A program made the position numbers and the translations under genes. DNA of 63,999 nt, counting the filler, from Octopus bimaculoides (lineage: Eukaryota), in NCBI RefSeq assembly GCF_001194135.2. It is 5 parts of 5 records of this genome, joined end to end, with 100 filler letters (N's around TTAATTAATTAA, not from the genome) between each part and the next. Parts side by side here need not be neighbours in the genome. Positions count along the whole stretch, not along the records: positions 27,719 to 40,067 come from NC_068993.1; 4 more parts are not named here. One strand, given 5' to 3'. This document shows positions 27,619-39,685 of the stretch, piece by piece (position 1 is the stretch's first letter; each line of letters starts with the position of its first letter). Under the pieces are notes generated by a model. The model had not been told where the DNA came from. It did not search any database and was given only the letters and a program-made list of their open reading frames with translations.

Positions 27619-27718
27619 NNNNNNNNNNNNNNNNNNNNNNNNNNNNNNNNNNNNNNNNNNNNTTAATTAATTAANNNNNNNNNNNNNNNNNNNNNNNNNN
27701 NNNNNNNNNNNNNNNNNN
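27619..27718. other. Artificial 100-nt scaffolding spacer N44-TTAATTAATTAA-N44 (the 12-mer also occurs at 40112, 59076 and 62918)
   Basis: The identical 12-mer is embedded in N runs four times and puts stop codons in all six frames. Confidence 0.95.
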
Positions 27719-27840
27719 TTTTCTTCCCGCGATCCCTTTTGATCGAAATTATCCCCCCCCCCACCAAGAAAAGCTCTACTTTGTAATTTGTCCATTTTCT
27801 GTATTTAGCCCTGTGTGGCTATAATAAAAAGATATCTATC
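27719..27840 (+). mobile_element. 3' end of an upstream Tx1-like LINE (AATAAA plus (TATC)n tail); the rest is hidden in the gap
   Basis: TTGTAATTTGTCC...CCCTGTGTGGCTATAATAAAA resembles the 3' end of the Tx1 fragment at 4206-4262 (TTGTATTGTCC...CCCTGTGGCAAATAAA). Confidence 0.65.
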
Positions 27841-28048
27841 TATCTATATGTCTGTCTGCTAGTCTGTCGATCCGATTGGCTGTCGTTCGTGTCGTCTCGC
27901 GTAAGTTCATATATTTTGTCGTGTATATATTTTTGTCAGAAAGTTTCCTAATAACATCGCGTTCGAAAATTTTCCCTCTAAGGGCGAATTTTCTTATTGC
28001 AAAAATTTTATCTCATAAATACTTTCATTTGTCTGAACAACAACAGAC

Positions 28049-28149
28049 ATGGACAGTTTAGCTGACAGTGTCAGCATCCAATCGCTACAGTTACAGATGA
28101 ACGTCCCGCCATTACCTACGTCGAACAAAAAATTAAACATTGATGTACT

Positions 28150-28198
<49 letters not shown>

Positions 28199-29900
28199 TT
28201 GAACAACAATACGCACACTGACGCAAGCGTTCCCTCTGAACAAGTGGGAAGGTAAAGCAGAAACAATGTAAACACTAATAAAATAGTGAGCAGTGCAACC
28301 ACGACCTTCACTTCTCCTGTCACCACCACCATCACTTCTGCCACGAAAACTGCTACAACAACCAACAACGTCACAGGCAAACTAGATAATTTTGCCTCTG
28401 TTTTAAAGCAAAAGAAATATTTTATTTCCGTTTCAAAGGAGGAACTTCAAGATTGTAAACAATTATTATACAAAGAAAACAGAACTATTAAACTGAACAC
28501 CACCCCAGAAAGCATTTGGCAAGACATCCGCCCCCCCCCCACAAAAAAACGATCAGTTACAAAACCTTGAACACAAAAAATAAAAGATTAGAACAGGCCA
28601 CTCAAGAAACAGTTGAGAAATGTCTACAGCCCATATGGGCTTTTAAAACTTATATTGCAAGAGGCAAAATATTTGCCACGATAGATGTAAGGTTTGATAC
28701 GGAAGAACGCGCAAAGGAACACTAAAAAAAAGAAAAGCCTGGAATGTGGGGAATTTATAATGATTCACACTTACCTCGGTCGTCGGGTGACAAAGGTAAA
28801 AAGTAAAGACGTGCTCCCTGAAAGAGAAATTAGATGGCTGGTGTCAGCCATCTGTTATGATTTTGTGGATGAAATCAACATCCTAGAAATTGCCGTACTG
28901 GGACAGCAAAAGTGGATTGGACAAGAGTTGGATCTATTGATTCAAGGATATCTGGAAACAACAGAAAATCTCCCCGATTTGATCCAACTCCCAGATGGAA
29001 CTACCCTTCATGTGGCCGTTGAAGGCAGAAAGCCACGTCGCTACCTTTGTGGTAGCAGACACCATCTAAAAAAAGAATGCCATCTAGCAAAACAACAACG
29101 ACAAAACCAAAAACCGAACGGTAAACTAGCACTGGTACCCACACCGTCAGCAGCACAAGTGATAAAGCAAATGGAAGAGCTCGACCAACCAAAAACCCAG
29201 CCCAACCAGCGCCACCAACTACATCACCACCAACAACAATCATTACCACCAACAACAATAATCACCACCAACAACAATACAAGCATCCAACCTACAAGGA
29301 AAAAAGGAAAGCACTAACTCCCCCATCCCTATCAACCCATACACCACATCTCAACAACTACCAATCAGCAGCATCAACAACAACACACTCACAAATTGAT
29401 CCTAATACTTTCTGATTCCTCCGACATGTCGTCGAACGAAGGCGATACAGAAGAATGGCAATGGCCACAGGTGGGGGGGGGGGAGAAAAAGAGGAAAGAA
29501 AAGAAAAGACACGCAATCAAACCAGAGAGAGTAAATACTCAAAAAAACACAACTTCCGCGCAAAACACATATTATCACCAACATTACAAACACACGAATA
29601 CTAAATTACCCCAGAACGTTGACAGCAATAAACACAAACAATTCAGACCTAATGCAATACATTAGGTCAAAGACCAACATAACAAAGGACGATGTCAAAA
29701 CAAACAATCACCCACGAACAATACCACCACAACACCTAAAAATCATACATGCGACCTAAAACACGCACAACACACTGAAATTTCTCTATCCGGATGCAGT
29801 AGGGAGATTTCGAAAGTACTTAACAAAAAAAATCATACCAAAACCTTCTGAAAGAAGATTGTGATGTGAAGAACAACCAACGATCGAACAGTCATTGACT
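28049..29900 (+). pseudogene. Tx1 LINE ORF1 (frameshifted; RRM-like region and degenerate CCHC knuckle)
   Basis: VEGRKPR-RYLCGSRHHLKKEC is a CX2CX4HX4C knuckle with the first Cys mutated (CGC). The frame is split at poly-C and poly-A runs. Confidence 0.85.
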
Positions 29901-29958
29901 CTCTCTCTCATTCTTTTCCTTTTCCTTTCGTGTCTAAAGCACAACTTTCGATAGGAGC

Positions 29959-32900
29959 ATGCTTAGAATTGGTTGTATAAATGTGCGTGGCTTGGAGTCG
30001 CCTTGGAAACAAGGCTACCAGTACATGTTCGGCGGGCAATTTGACATTTATTCTTCTCCGTGTCTGCCGAGAATGGGCGGAGCTGGTACCGCGGTGCTTT
30101 TCCGGAAGAGTTTGGGCCTTAAAGTAAGAGCAATATTCCTAGACCCAGAGGGTGGGCTGGTCGTCTTGGATGTCGATAACAGTAATGGGTGCACTTTTCG
30201 ACCGATAACAGTTTATGCACCGTCCTTAACAGGTCGGCCGGATTTCTTTCGACGTCTAGAGGTTTTCCTGGGAACGTCCCAACCTTTACTTTTAGTGGGG
30301 TATTTGGAACGCTACCTTGGACACGCATCTATACTACATGGGTAGAGATAGGAACAGGAGGGGATGTAAACGCGTCAAAAATCTGCTCAGACGTTTCTAA
30401 CTGTCTGACAGGTACAGACTGAACCACTTGAATGTGCCAATGTGGACATAGAGCAACTGCATCGGGTCGTCCAGATCGTATTTAGATAGAGTATTCTGTA
30501 GGACAGTGGATAGGGATAGTGTAGGTTGTCGACAAATTCATATACACAGATCGCAAATTTGTGACTTGTACGCTTGACTTAGATGAGAATCATAGGCAGG
30601 GTCCCGGCTACTGGAAACTGAACGCGTCGTTCACAATGCGCCAGGCTTACACAGACCGGATTAGCACATTAGTTAAGAGGGCATTGACGGGCGCCATCGT
30701 CAATAATAGATGGTGGTATGCCCTAAAGAAAGCAATTAAAGCAGAATCGTTTAGGTATAGTAAGGCTCTAACGATAGATCGAAATAGAATAGAGGGAAAC
30801 CGAGTTAAGAAATTACAAGAGACACATAGAAGTGGCATCGCGTCCAATGTGCTGGTAGCGAGGTTGGCCCTCGACCAATACTTCAACGCCAACCACGAAG
30901 GATGCGTTGTCAGAGCTAGGATGCGTGCTCTGAGAAACGAAGGAATTGGAGCCGCCCGAGATGCCCGAGTGGCGGAGGCGCAACGAGGCAACAAATTCAC
31001 CATTAGGTCTCTGACAGATGAACAGGGGCGCGAATTACTCGAGCCCGAAAGGATGTGTGAGGCCTTTCAACAGCACTTTGCCCGACTGTTGGGTCAGAAC
31101 GCAGGGAGGACTTTAGTGCCTACCAGCATGGCCTGCCATGGCTCTAGGCAAGAGAGGCGGAGTGTTGTGAAAGACCCATCACAACCACAGACGTACGGGA
31201 TACGATGGCAGGCTGCGTGGCAGACAAGTCGCCAGGCTTGGATGGTCTGCCCTACGAGCTCTATTGTCATATTCCAGACTTGTTTAGAGGTGTCTTGGCA
31301 GTCCGGTTCTGCAAGTGGCAGCAAAACGGGAGTATCCCCGTTTCTGTGAAGCGAGGAGCGGTGGCACTGTTAAAGAAAGATTCAAACAAGGGAAACGTCA
31401 TAGATAACTTCAGGCCCATCACTCTGCTCAACGCAGATTTAAAGATTTTGGCCAAGGTGCTAGCCGAGAGGTTGACGCTTGTCATCGAGAAAATGGTCGA
31501 CAAGGCGCAAACGTGCGCCGTGCCGGGCAGGAGTATCCAAGACAACTTCCATCTGATGCACTACATCATTGACAGGGTAGTTAAAGAACTTGGTATAGAT
31601 GGGGCGCTGATAAATTTGGATCGATCGAAAGCTTTAGCAGCTGATTACGCCCCCGTCTTCCGCGGTTGGATTGCTACCTCATACAGCGACATCCACTCGG
31701 TCGTTCGCGTAAATGGTCATCTATCCAGACCATTTAACATCCCGCGTTCGGTCCGTCAAGGATGCTCCCTCACGTCGCTTCTGTACGTATTGACTCTAGA
31801 GTCACTACTGCGGAAGCTGGCGACGCTAGAACTGGGATGCAGGAGAGGCGTGTCTGTATACGCGGACAACGTCACCGTCATAGTGTCGAACCACAGGAAC
31901 ATCGACCTGGTCGGTGAGACACTAAAAGAGTACGAAGCGGTATCGGGAGCAAAAATTAACTCGGAAAAGTCAGTGGGCTTGTGGCTCGGCACCTGGAGAG
32001 GCAAGCCCATGCCATCTAATAGCGTCTCCATCGTGGGACATTGGACCGACGGACTGGTTAAATTGCATGGGGTCTGGTTCGGTCTGAACCTCCAAATGGA
32101 GTAGAATTGGGACGAGATAATGAGTAAGGTGGCCACTCTCACCCAGCAATGGGCCGAGAGAAAGCTATCCCTAAATGGTCGGGTGGAGGTGGTGAACACC
32201 TACATCGCATCCGTCANNNNNNNNNNNNNNNNNNNNNNNNNNNNNNNNNNNNNNNNNNNNNNNNNNNNNNNNNNNNNNNNNNNNNNNNNNNNNNNNNNNN
32301 NNNNNNNNNNNNNNNNNNNNNNNNNNNNNNNNNNNNNNNNNNNNNNNNNNNNNNNNNNNNNNNNNNNNNNNNNNNNNNNNNNNNNNNNNNNNNNNNNNNN
32401 NNNNNNNNNNNNNNNNNNNNNNNNNNNNNNNNNNNNNNNNNNNNNNNNNNNNNNNNNNNNNNNNNNNNNNNNNNNNNNNNNNNNNNNNNNNNNNNNNNNN
32501 NNNNNNNNNNNNNNGGATCAAACAGAGACGAATGGTACCGCGAGTGCCGCCTTGCTCTCAAGCGACTCTGCCGTCCGGGATCAAACTTGTGCGATTTCAC
32601 TACCACGAAGGTGTTCTATAGAGGATTAGTGGAGAGAAGGTGCGACGACCTTCTTGGGGAGAATCTGGGCGTCGACGGGGAACACTTGACCCGCCTCTTC
32701 AGGACAACTTTCGGGCCGGGACATATGGGCAATCACCAGAGATTTTTGTCCTGGCAGTGCTCTTCGTTCGGGATAAGTTCTACAGGCACGGTTCGAGGTA
32801 CACCGGACCGACTTGCCCGAGATACGGTCAGAGCGACGAAACCGTTCTGCATGCACTTGTGCAGTGTCCAACCATTTCAGACATGTGGGCTTATGCCGAA

Positions 32901-33217
32901 CGGCTACTGTCAAGTGTGGGACGAATTCGTTTATTGGCCACCTCCCTTTAACCGAGAAGGCAAGGTGGTTTTCATTGTACTGGTGGCTATGGTGAAAGAA
33001 CGTATGTGGTTAGCTCGTGCGAAAGCTTTAGAGACAAACACTTTCATCTCTGGCAAATCGCTCACCAACTTTTTCAAGTACAACTTGAAAAAGGAATGTG
33101 AGAATAGAGAAAGTTTCGTCTCATAAAAGTTTCAATAAAAGGTGGGTGAATGTAGCAAAGATGGTACGCGTAAATGACAAAACCACTTTAAGCATGATCC
33201 TGGCAATCGAAAAGTGA
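29959..33217 (+). pseudogene. Tx1 LINE ORF2 (AP endonuclease, reverse transcriptase, C-terminal CCHC), disrupted
   Basis: INVRGL, VYAPS and GPGYWKLNAS (APE); KSPGLDGLPYE, FRPITLLNADLKILAKVLAERL, VRQGCSL and VYADNVT (RT); CPRYGQSDETVLHALVQC (CCHC). Confidence 0.95.
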
Positions 33218-33759
33218 GAGAGAGAGAGAGAGAGAGACAGAGAGAGAGAGAGCGCTTGGTTCTCATGTGTTACTTTCCCTACCTGAGGTTACCGTGGCCT
33301 TTTCTGTAGGTTTTTCGTTCAACGCCGCTCTTTTCTGCCGTTTACNNNNNNNNNNNNNNNNNNNNNNNNNNNNNNNNNNNNNNNNNNNNNNNNNNNNNNN
33401 NNNNNNNNNNNNNNNNNNNNNNNNNNNNNNNNNNNNNNNNNNNNNNNNNNNNNNNNNNNNNNNNNNNNNNNNNNNNNNNNNNNNNNNNNNNNNNNNNNNN
33501 NNNNNNNNNNNNNNNNNNNNNNNNNNNNNNNNNNNNNNNNNNNNNNNNNNNNNNNNNNNNNNNNNNNNNNNNNNNNNNNNNNNNNNNNNNNNNNNNNNNN
33601 NNNNNNNNNNNNNNNNNNNNNNNNNNNNNNNNNNNNNNNNNNNNNNNNNNNNNNNNNNNNNNNNNNNNNNNNNNNNNNNNNNNNNNNNNNNNNNNNNNNN
33701 NNNNNNNNNNNNNNNNNNNNNNNNNNNNNNTGGCAATTTAACATGGGTCGTGTATTAGC

Positions 33760-35684
33760 GTGTATATATATAAAAAGAATGAGATAAAGAGACCAATGGT
33801 ATAAATAAATTTATATTTTATGTAGAATGTCTTACAGCTGTTTCAGGGAAAATCCAATGTATCCCTTCATCGGAGACGGTAATAGTAGAAGTTAAGGATT
33901 ATTAAATCTGTATGAGTATATTTGCAGTAAGAAATGAGAGCGATGCGTAGAAGAAAAAAAAAACAAAGAAGAAAAAGTACTTGGAGTATAGTTCCATTCC
34001 AAAGATAAATATCCATGTATAGAATCCGTGTGGGTATTTTCCAGTGATAATTATAGTTATATTGGTAGATATATATCATTTCGTATCCAGTTTACTCTGT
34101 GCGTTGTTTACTTAAAAGACAGCCCGAAGTGAGTGGAAGATACGTGAGATCAAGCCATAAAACAGGAACAAAGGAGGGGGAAATTGTTAAGGGAGAAATG
34201 AAGGTAGTGGTGCAAGCAGTAGGCTATAAATAGATGTTTAGAGGAAGATGTGTAAGAGATTGTGAGATCAGATATACGGACAGGAGGGAAGGAAGAAAGA
34301 AAGAGAACGAAGAAAAGAAGATAGGGGTGGAAGTATAGGGTTGTAAAGAAATGGATAGGTGGAGAAAGGGAGTGTGAAGAAATAAAGTGAAGTAGGAAAG
34401 GGAGGCAGTTACAGTAGTGTTCAGCGTAAGGATAGAAAGGAACCGGTAGGGGGTGATGGTATTGGTGGGGTTCGAAAAATAGTAATAAAAAGAAAAAAGG
34501 TATAATAAGAAAGACAGGTAGTAGTGTTAATATTCTATAAATAGAGCTGAATTTATTTGAAGAATGGTAGTGGGGGAACATAAGAGCTAACTAATAAAGG
34601 AACATATATACTTATACATATAATTATAAGCATGAATCAAGTTGGTTGTGGGAGTACGTTGTGTGATCATTTATGCATTTGTGTTTGTGATAGAATTTGA
34701 ATGTATGGAAGAAGCGGTGATTGCAGGTGCTAAGTTCTTCGTTATACCTATTAAGTAGTGTAGGAGAATTGTATTATAAATATGGAACGCCTCCTTCAAG
34801 CAAAATTTGCAATTAGAGCGCTGGTCTTGGTATGGAATTCCTGAGTTCAAAATGGGCCATGTTAAAGTATACTAGGTATTTGCGTTTTTTAGGTGGTGAA
34901 TGTGGTTGGCTAGTGTTATAGATTTGATGTGCTTGTCATATCTAAAAGAGTGAAGGTGAGCTGCATAACGTTGCTTGAACTTTTTAGTTGAACCTATGTA
35001 TGTAGCTGTAGAGTTATGTAGCAGATTGACGACAATGCATTTGTATATTACGTTGTATCTTACGCAATGTGTTTGTTGCGGGCAGGTTGTCCCGGAGCGA
35101 CAGTTACAAGTAGATGAAGCTTGAGGGTTATGTTCTGTGGTGGATGAGGTGGTATTGTCGGAGGATAGGTTATATGAGGATGCAGAGGAATCTAAATTAA
35201 TGTAATCGTTACTGTTCTAGTTATTATTACCGCTATTGTTATTATTAGAAGATATAGTAGTATTATTTCCGGGTATATTAGTGGACTGGGATATGTTATG
35301 GTCGTATTCAAGTGTACGAGTATTCGTGCTAGATGTACGTGTGTGAATGTCTATGTTTGGTATATGTGTGCGTTGAGTGCTAGTATTACCATAGTTATAA
35401 TTGTGTGAGTTTTGATAATAGAGTGAGAGTTTATGCTTATTAGAAGTTGCTATAATAGATTCGAAGCTGGGCGTGGTTGAATGAGACAATTTCAAAGTGG
35501 ATCTGTTAAATATAGATTGGTATTTATGTTGTCGGGGGACAACCTTCACTCTTTTAGATATGACAAGCACAGCAAATCTATAACACTAGCCAACTACATT
35601 CACCACCTCAAAAACGCAAATACCCAGCATACTTTAACATGGTCCATTTTGAACTCGGGAATTCCATACCAAGGCCAGCGCTCT
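33760..35684 (-). mobile_element. 5'-truncated Penelope-like element: linker and GIY-YIG endonuclease, CT-rich 3' UTR, pLTR-like end, and a 5' inverted duplication
   Basis: Minus-strand translation of 35541-34720 gives IFNRSTLKLSHSTTPSFESII ... CNCRSGTTCPQQTHCVRYNVIYKC...TYIGSTKKFKQRYAAH...CKFCLKE, which is PLE-type GIY-YIG. Confidence 0.9.
33829..33877 (-). ncRNA. Type I minimal hammerhead ribozyme motif in the PLE 3' end
   Basis: GUCU-CCGAUGA-AGGGA(12-nt loop)UCCCU-GAAA-CAGCUG-UA-AGAC: stems I and II pair perfectly, stem III is palindromic, and the cleavage triplet is GUA. The core has a U4C variant. Confidence 0.75.
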
Positions 35685-36434
35685 CTTTCTTATTATACCT
35701 TTTTCCTTTTTATTACTATTTTTCGAATCCCACCAATACCAACACCCCCTACCGGTTCCTTTGTATCCTTACACTGAACACTACTGTAACTGCCTCCCTT
35801 TCCTGCTTCACTTTATCTCTTCACACTCCTTTTCTCCACATGTGGTTCTGGATTCAGTCCCACTGGGTAAGTGTCTTCTGTCTCGCTATCGGCTAAAAAA
35901 TACACAGGTTTTCCGATTTTTAAACCTCTAAGTTTTTCCTACAATTTGTTTCTCCACAACATCGTACCTTCATAGCAATGAGAATGGGAAACTACATTAT
36001 TATAGCCGATTTTCGGTTTTTTTACTTCCTTTTAAAAAATACAAATTTTTCGAATAAAAATAAACTAAATCCAAAAAACTTCCACCACTTGCAAGTTTCC
36101 AAATTACGGTACATGCCATTAAAAACAAAACAAAAGAAAACAAAAACTCTATACTATCAGGGTAACGTTTTTCTTACTAGCAATTCTATAAATGATCCTT
36201 TAAGTTGCTGACTGAGTATTCTCTTGAAATTAAGTTATAACCACAATAACCGTATATAATTCCGTGGAAAAGTAAACCACACACACACACACACACACTT
36301 CACATTTCTTGCTTTCGTATAACTTTCATTTCTTGAAGTCAGACAGCAAATTGACACCCAGTTTGAAACTACAAGTTACTATGAAGCATTGAAGCGCCCG
36401 ACACATACAATAGTTTGGTAGATAGATAGATAGG

Positions 36435-36465
<31 letters not shown>

Positions 36466-36932
36466 GTAAACGCATATATACATGCATAAATACGTACATA
36501 AATATATACATATATAAGCCAGTTGCGAGATACACGCAAACATCTTCCACCCACTCGAACACACACCAATACACAGAAATATATAGAGCGCTAAACAACC
36601 TTTGTTAGCATTCTAAATATATTCAATAAAATCTCGGTTAGTGCGCCAGATATATCTGAATGCAGCTGTCTGTTTGTTTATATATGCATGCCTATATACA
36701 TGCCTCTCTCACTCTCTCCCTTTCTCTCTCCATCTTCCTTGCTATCTCCCTACCTATCCTTCCATGTCCACGTATCTAATTGTTAATCAATGACCGAATG
36801 TTGTTTCATATTACTTTATATTTTCGCAATTCAAAATATGCTCTTTCAAAATTTAACAAGTTCACCAAAGAATTGTTTACATTCACTCATCTCGCTACTT
36901 CAGTAGTTGCATTAAATATCGATAGAACACTT

Positions 36933-36963
<31 letters not shown>

Positions 36964-37339
36964 NNNNNNNNNNNNNNNNNNNNNNNNNNNNNNNNNNNNN
37001 NNNNNNNNNNNNNNNNNNNNNNNNNNNNNNNNNNNNNNNNNNNNNNNNNNNNNNNNNNNNNNNNNNNNNNNNNNNNNNNNNNNNNNNNNNNNNNNNNNNN
37101 NNNNNNNNNNNNNNNNNNNNNNNNNNNNNNNNNNNNNNNNNNNNNNNNNNNNNNNNNNNNNNNNNNNNNNNNNNNNNNNNNNNNNNNNNNNNNNNNNNNN
37201 NNNNNNNNNNNNNNNNNNNNNNNNNNNNNNNNNNNNNNNNNNNNNNNNNTATATATATACATATATATATATATTTATATCGTCAGTAGTTCATATATCT
37301 GGAAAAGAAACACGCTCTAAATTATTAGAGCAGTAATAT

Positions 37340-38640
37340 ATATTTTCGGAAGTCAACATTTGACATATATATATTTTTAAACATGAAATTCATCACAATA
37401 TATTTCAACAACACAAAAATTTTATTCATCAAAAGTAAGTACCGTTGCAATGAACACGTTTTTTTCCAACGAGTTACAAGTTTGTTTAATGCGGTAACAT
37501 AAAAATCTCGAGTTCTGGAGCTGATGAACTCTTTGAGCGCACTTTCAGCATCAGTTTGAGTTTTGAACTCCTTGTCTCGCAGGAAATCATCAAGGTGCTT
37601 AAAAAAGTGGTAGTCGATAGGAGAAAGGTGTGGGGAATAAGCTGGGTGGGGAAGAACTTCGTAGCCAAGTTCCCCCAACTTCTGCAGCGTTATTAGTGAA
37701 ACGTGTGTTCGGACATTGTCATGAAGATTGATTGGCCCTCTTCTGTTGACCAGTCTGGGAGGAGGGAGTAGCAGTTTTTCGTTCGTTTTGGTAATTTCAT
37801 GGCGATATGTTTCTGTAGTAATGATTTTTCCGGATTTTAAGAAGTTATAGTGGATGAGTCCAGCAGTACACCACTAAACAGCCACCATAACCTTCTGTTT
37901 GAGGAGCTCGGATTCAGGGAAGGTTTTCGGTGCTTCAATTTGGTCCAACCACTGCGAAGAACGTTTTTTTATTATTGTACAGAATCCACTTTTCATTGCA
38001 AGTTACAATACGGTCGTGAAATAGATCGGTCTGGTTACGGAGAAGAAGCGACGAGCAAATTTCAGATCTGCCCATTTTCTGATTTGCATTCAAATCGTGC
38101 AGTACATACTTGTCAAGCTTTTTTGATCTGATTGGATAGAAATGGTTGCAGGCAGTTTTCTGGCTAACTTAAAGAAAGTTCTTTTGCCAGTTCTTGCGTG
38201 GTTTTACGTGGATCTTTCTCAATGACGGTCTTTAATTGACTGTCATCGATGAGAGATGGCCATCCACTACGCTCACGATCTTAGGGGCTCAGGTTTCCAC
38301 TGCGAAATCGTTTAAACTATTTTCGAGTTGACCACTCACTGGTCATTTCCTCACCAAATGTTTCATAGATAACGCGATCAGTTTCAGCAGCTTTACGTCC
38401 ATTTTTGAAGTTGAATAGCAAAACTACTCGAATATTGCACATTGACAGTCCCAGATGATTGTGAGAACGGTGAAAAATATCAATATTAATTTATTGAGGC
38501 ATTTGGGTAAGTCTATATCTGTATTATCAGACAATTGCATTAAAAAAATGCTTTAAAAAAACTCAAAACTCTGCCAAAATCCGGTACAGATTCTTCATGG
38601 TTGAAAACGTTTCTTAAGTTTTACTCAACCTGATATATAA
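37340..38640 (-). mobile_element. Inactivated mariner transposon
   Basis: Minus strand: MCNIRVVLLFNFKNGRKAAET...FKRFRSG (HTH), LHDNVRTH, and PHPAYSPHLSPIDYHFFKHL. One TIR-like end (reverse complement TATCAGGTTGAG) lies at about 38625-38636; the other TIR is not resolved. Confidence 0.92.
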
Positions 38641-38699
38641 GCATCAAACTAATACACTTGCTTATTGTTCCTACACCTGTCTTCGTCTTTGTTCAGACG

Positions 38700-39200
38700 G
38701 ATAGGATTCGAGTATACAGGGGTGATAGAAAGAAATTAGATAATATATGTAATGAAACCTGTGGTACCTGCCCTAGATATAGAAACAAAGATATAGGAAA
38801 GAAAGAACTTGTGACAAAGCAAACAGGGCGAACACGCGGTATAAAACCGACAAATATCAAGGAGTGATGTTTGTAGAAGCCACAGCCCATGGAGAACTAG
38901 CCTGTATTTTAGAAAAACTCCGAAGGAAACCAAACGCAACATTAAGATTGTTGAAAAGCCAGGGAACTCCGTCAGATCACAACTATATAGGACGTACCCC
39001 TTTAAGAATACCATATGCACCAATGATAACTGCATGGTATGTAGAATTAGCCCTGGCATTAACTGTAGAATTAGAAATGTAGTTTTCAGCATAAAATGTA
39101 TAGAAGGTACTTGTAAAGACATGAACATGACATACGTAGAGGAGACATCTAGGAGCATTGCAGAACGACTAAATGAACATTTGAGACAATATGACGAGAA
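38700..39200 (+). mobile_element. Penelope-like element fragment (RT thumb/linker and GIY-YIG)
   Basis: YQGVMFVEATAHGEL and NCRIRNVVFSIKCIEGTCKDMNMTYVEETSRSIAERLNEH. Confidence 0.85.
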
Positions 39201-39635
39201 TGGGGAAAGCAAGGGTGTGGTGTGGGTTAGGTTGAAGGTGGGGTAGAAATTGGGGTATAGGGGAGTGGGTGTAAGGGATAAGGTGGGGTGGGATGGGATG
39301 GACAGGGAAAGTGGGGTTGGATTGTGTAGCGGTGGGATGACAAGGGAGGGGTGACGATGAAGGGAGAGGGGGAAAGGGGAGGGGGAAGGGAGAGGGGGAA
39401 GGGAGAAGGGAGAAGGTTGGTAGGAGTGAAGAGAAGAGAGGAGGGTAGGAGTGAAGAGACGAAGTAAGAGTCGGAGCAATAGAGGAGAGGTGGATCGGAG
39501 GAAGTATGTGTGAGAGGATGAGAGGTGAGGGGAGGAGAATTGAGACCATATGGCGCAAAGGAGAGAAGACAGAAAATTAATCCCTGTTCACGGCGAAGAT
39601 GGGAATCCGGATGGCCCATGTGCAAGGACAATCCG

Positions 39636-39680
<45 letters not shown>

Positions 39681-39685
39681 TGTAA

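Larger units (their letters stand above)
27850..33345 (+). mobile_element. Near full-length Tx1/L1-clade non-LTR retrotransposon, disrupted; 3' UTR runs into an N gap
   Basis: Has a 5' UTR, ORF1 with a zinc knuckle, and ORF2 with APE, RT and CCHC regions (see the two sub-features). Confidence 0.93.

Noticed and set aside
37270-37340. CTGACGA on the minus strand and a TIR-like end GCTCTAAATTATTAGAGCAGTAATA
   Set aside because: No stem II or GAAA follows the core. The TIR partner would be in the N gap, so the element cannot be defined.
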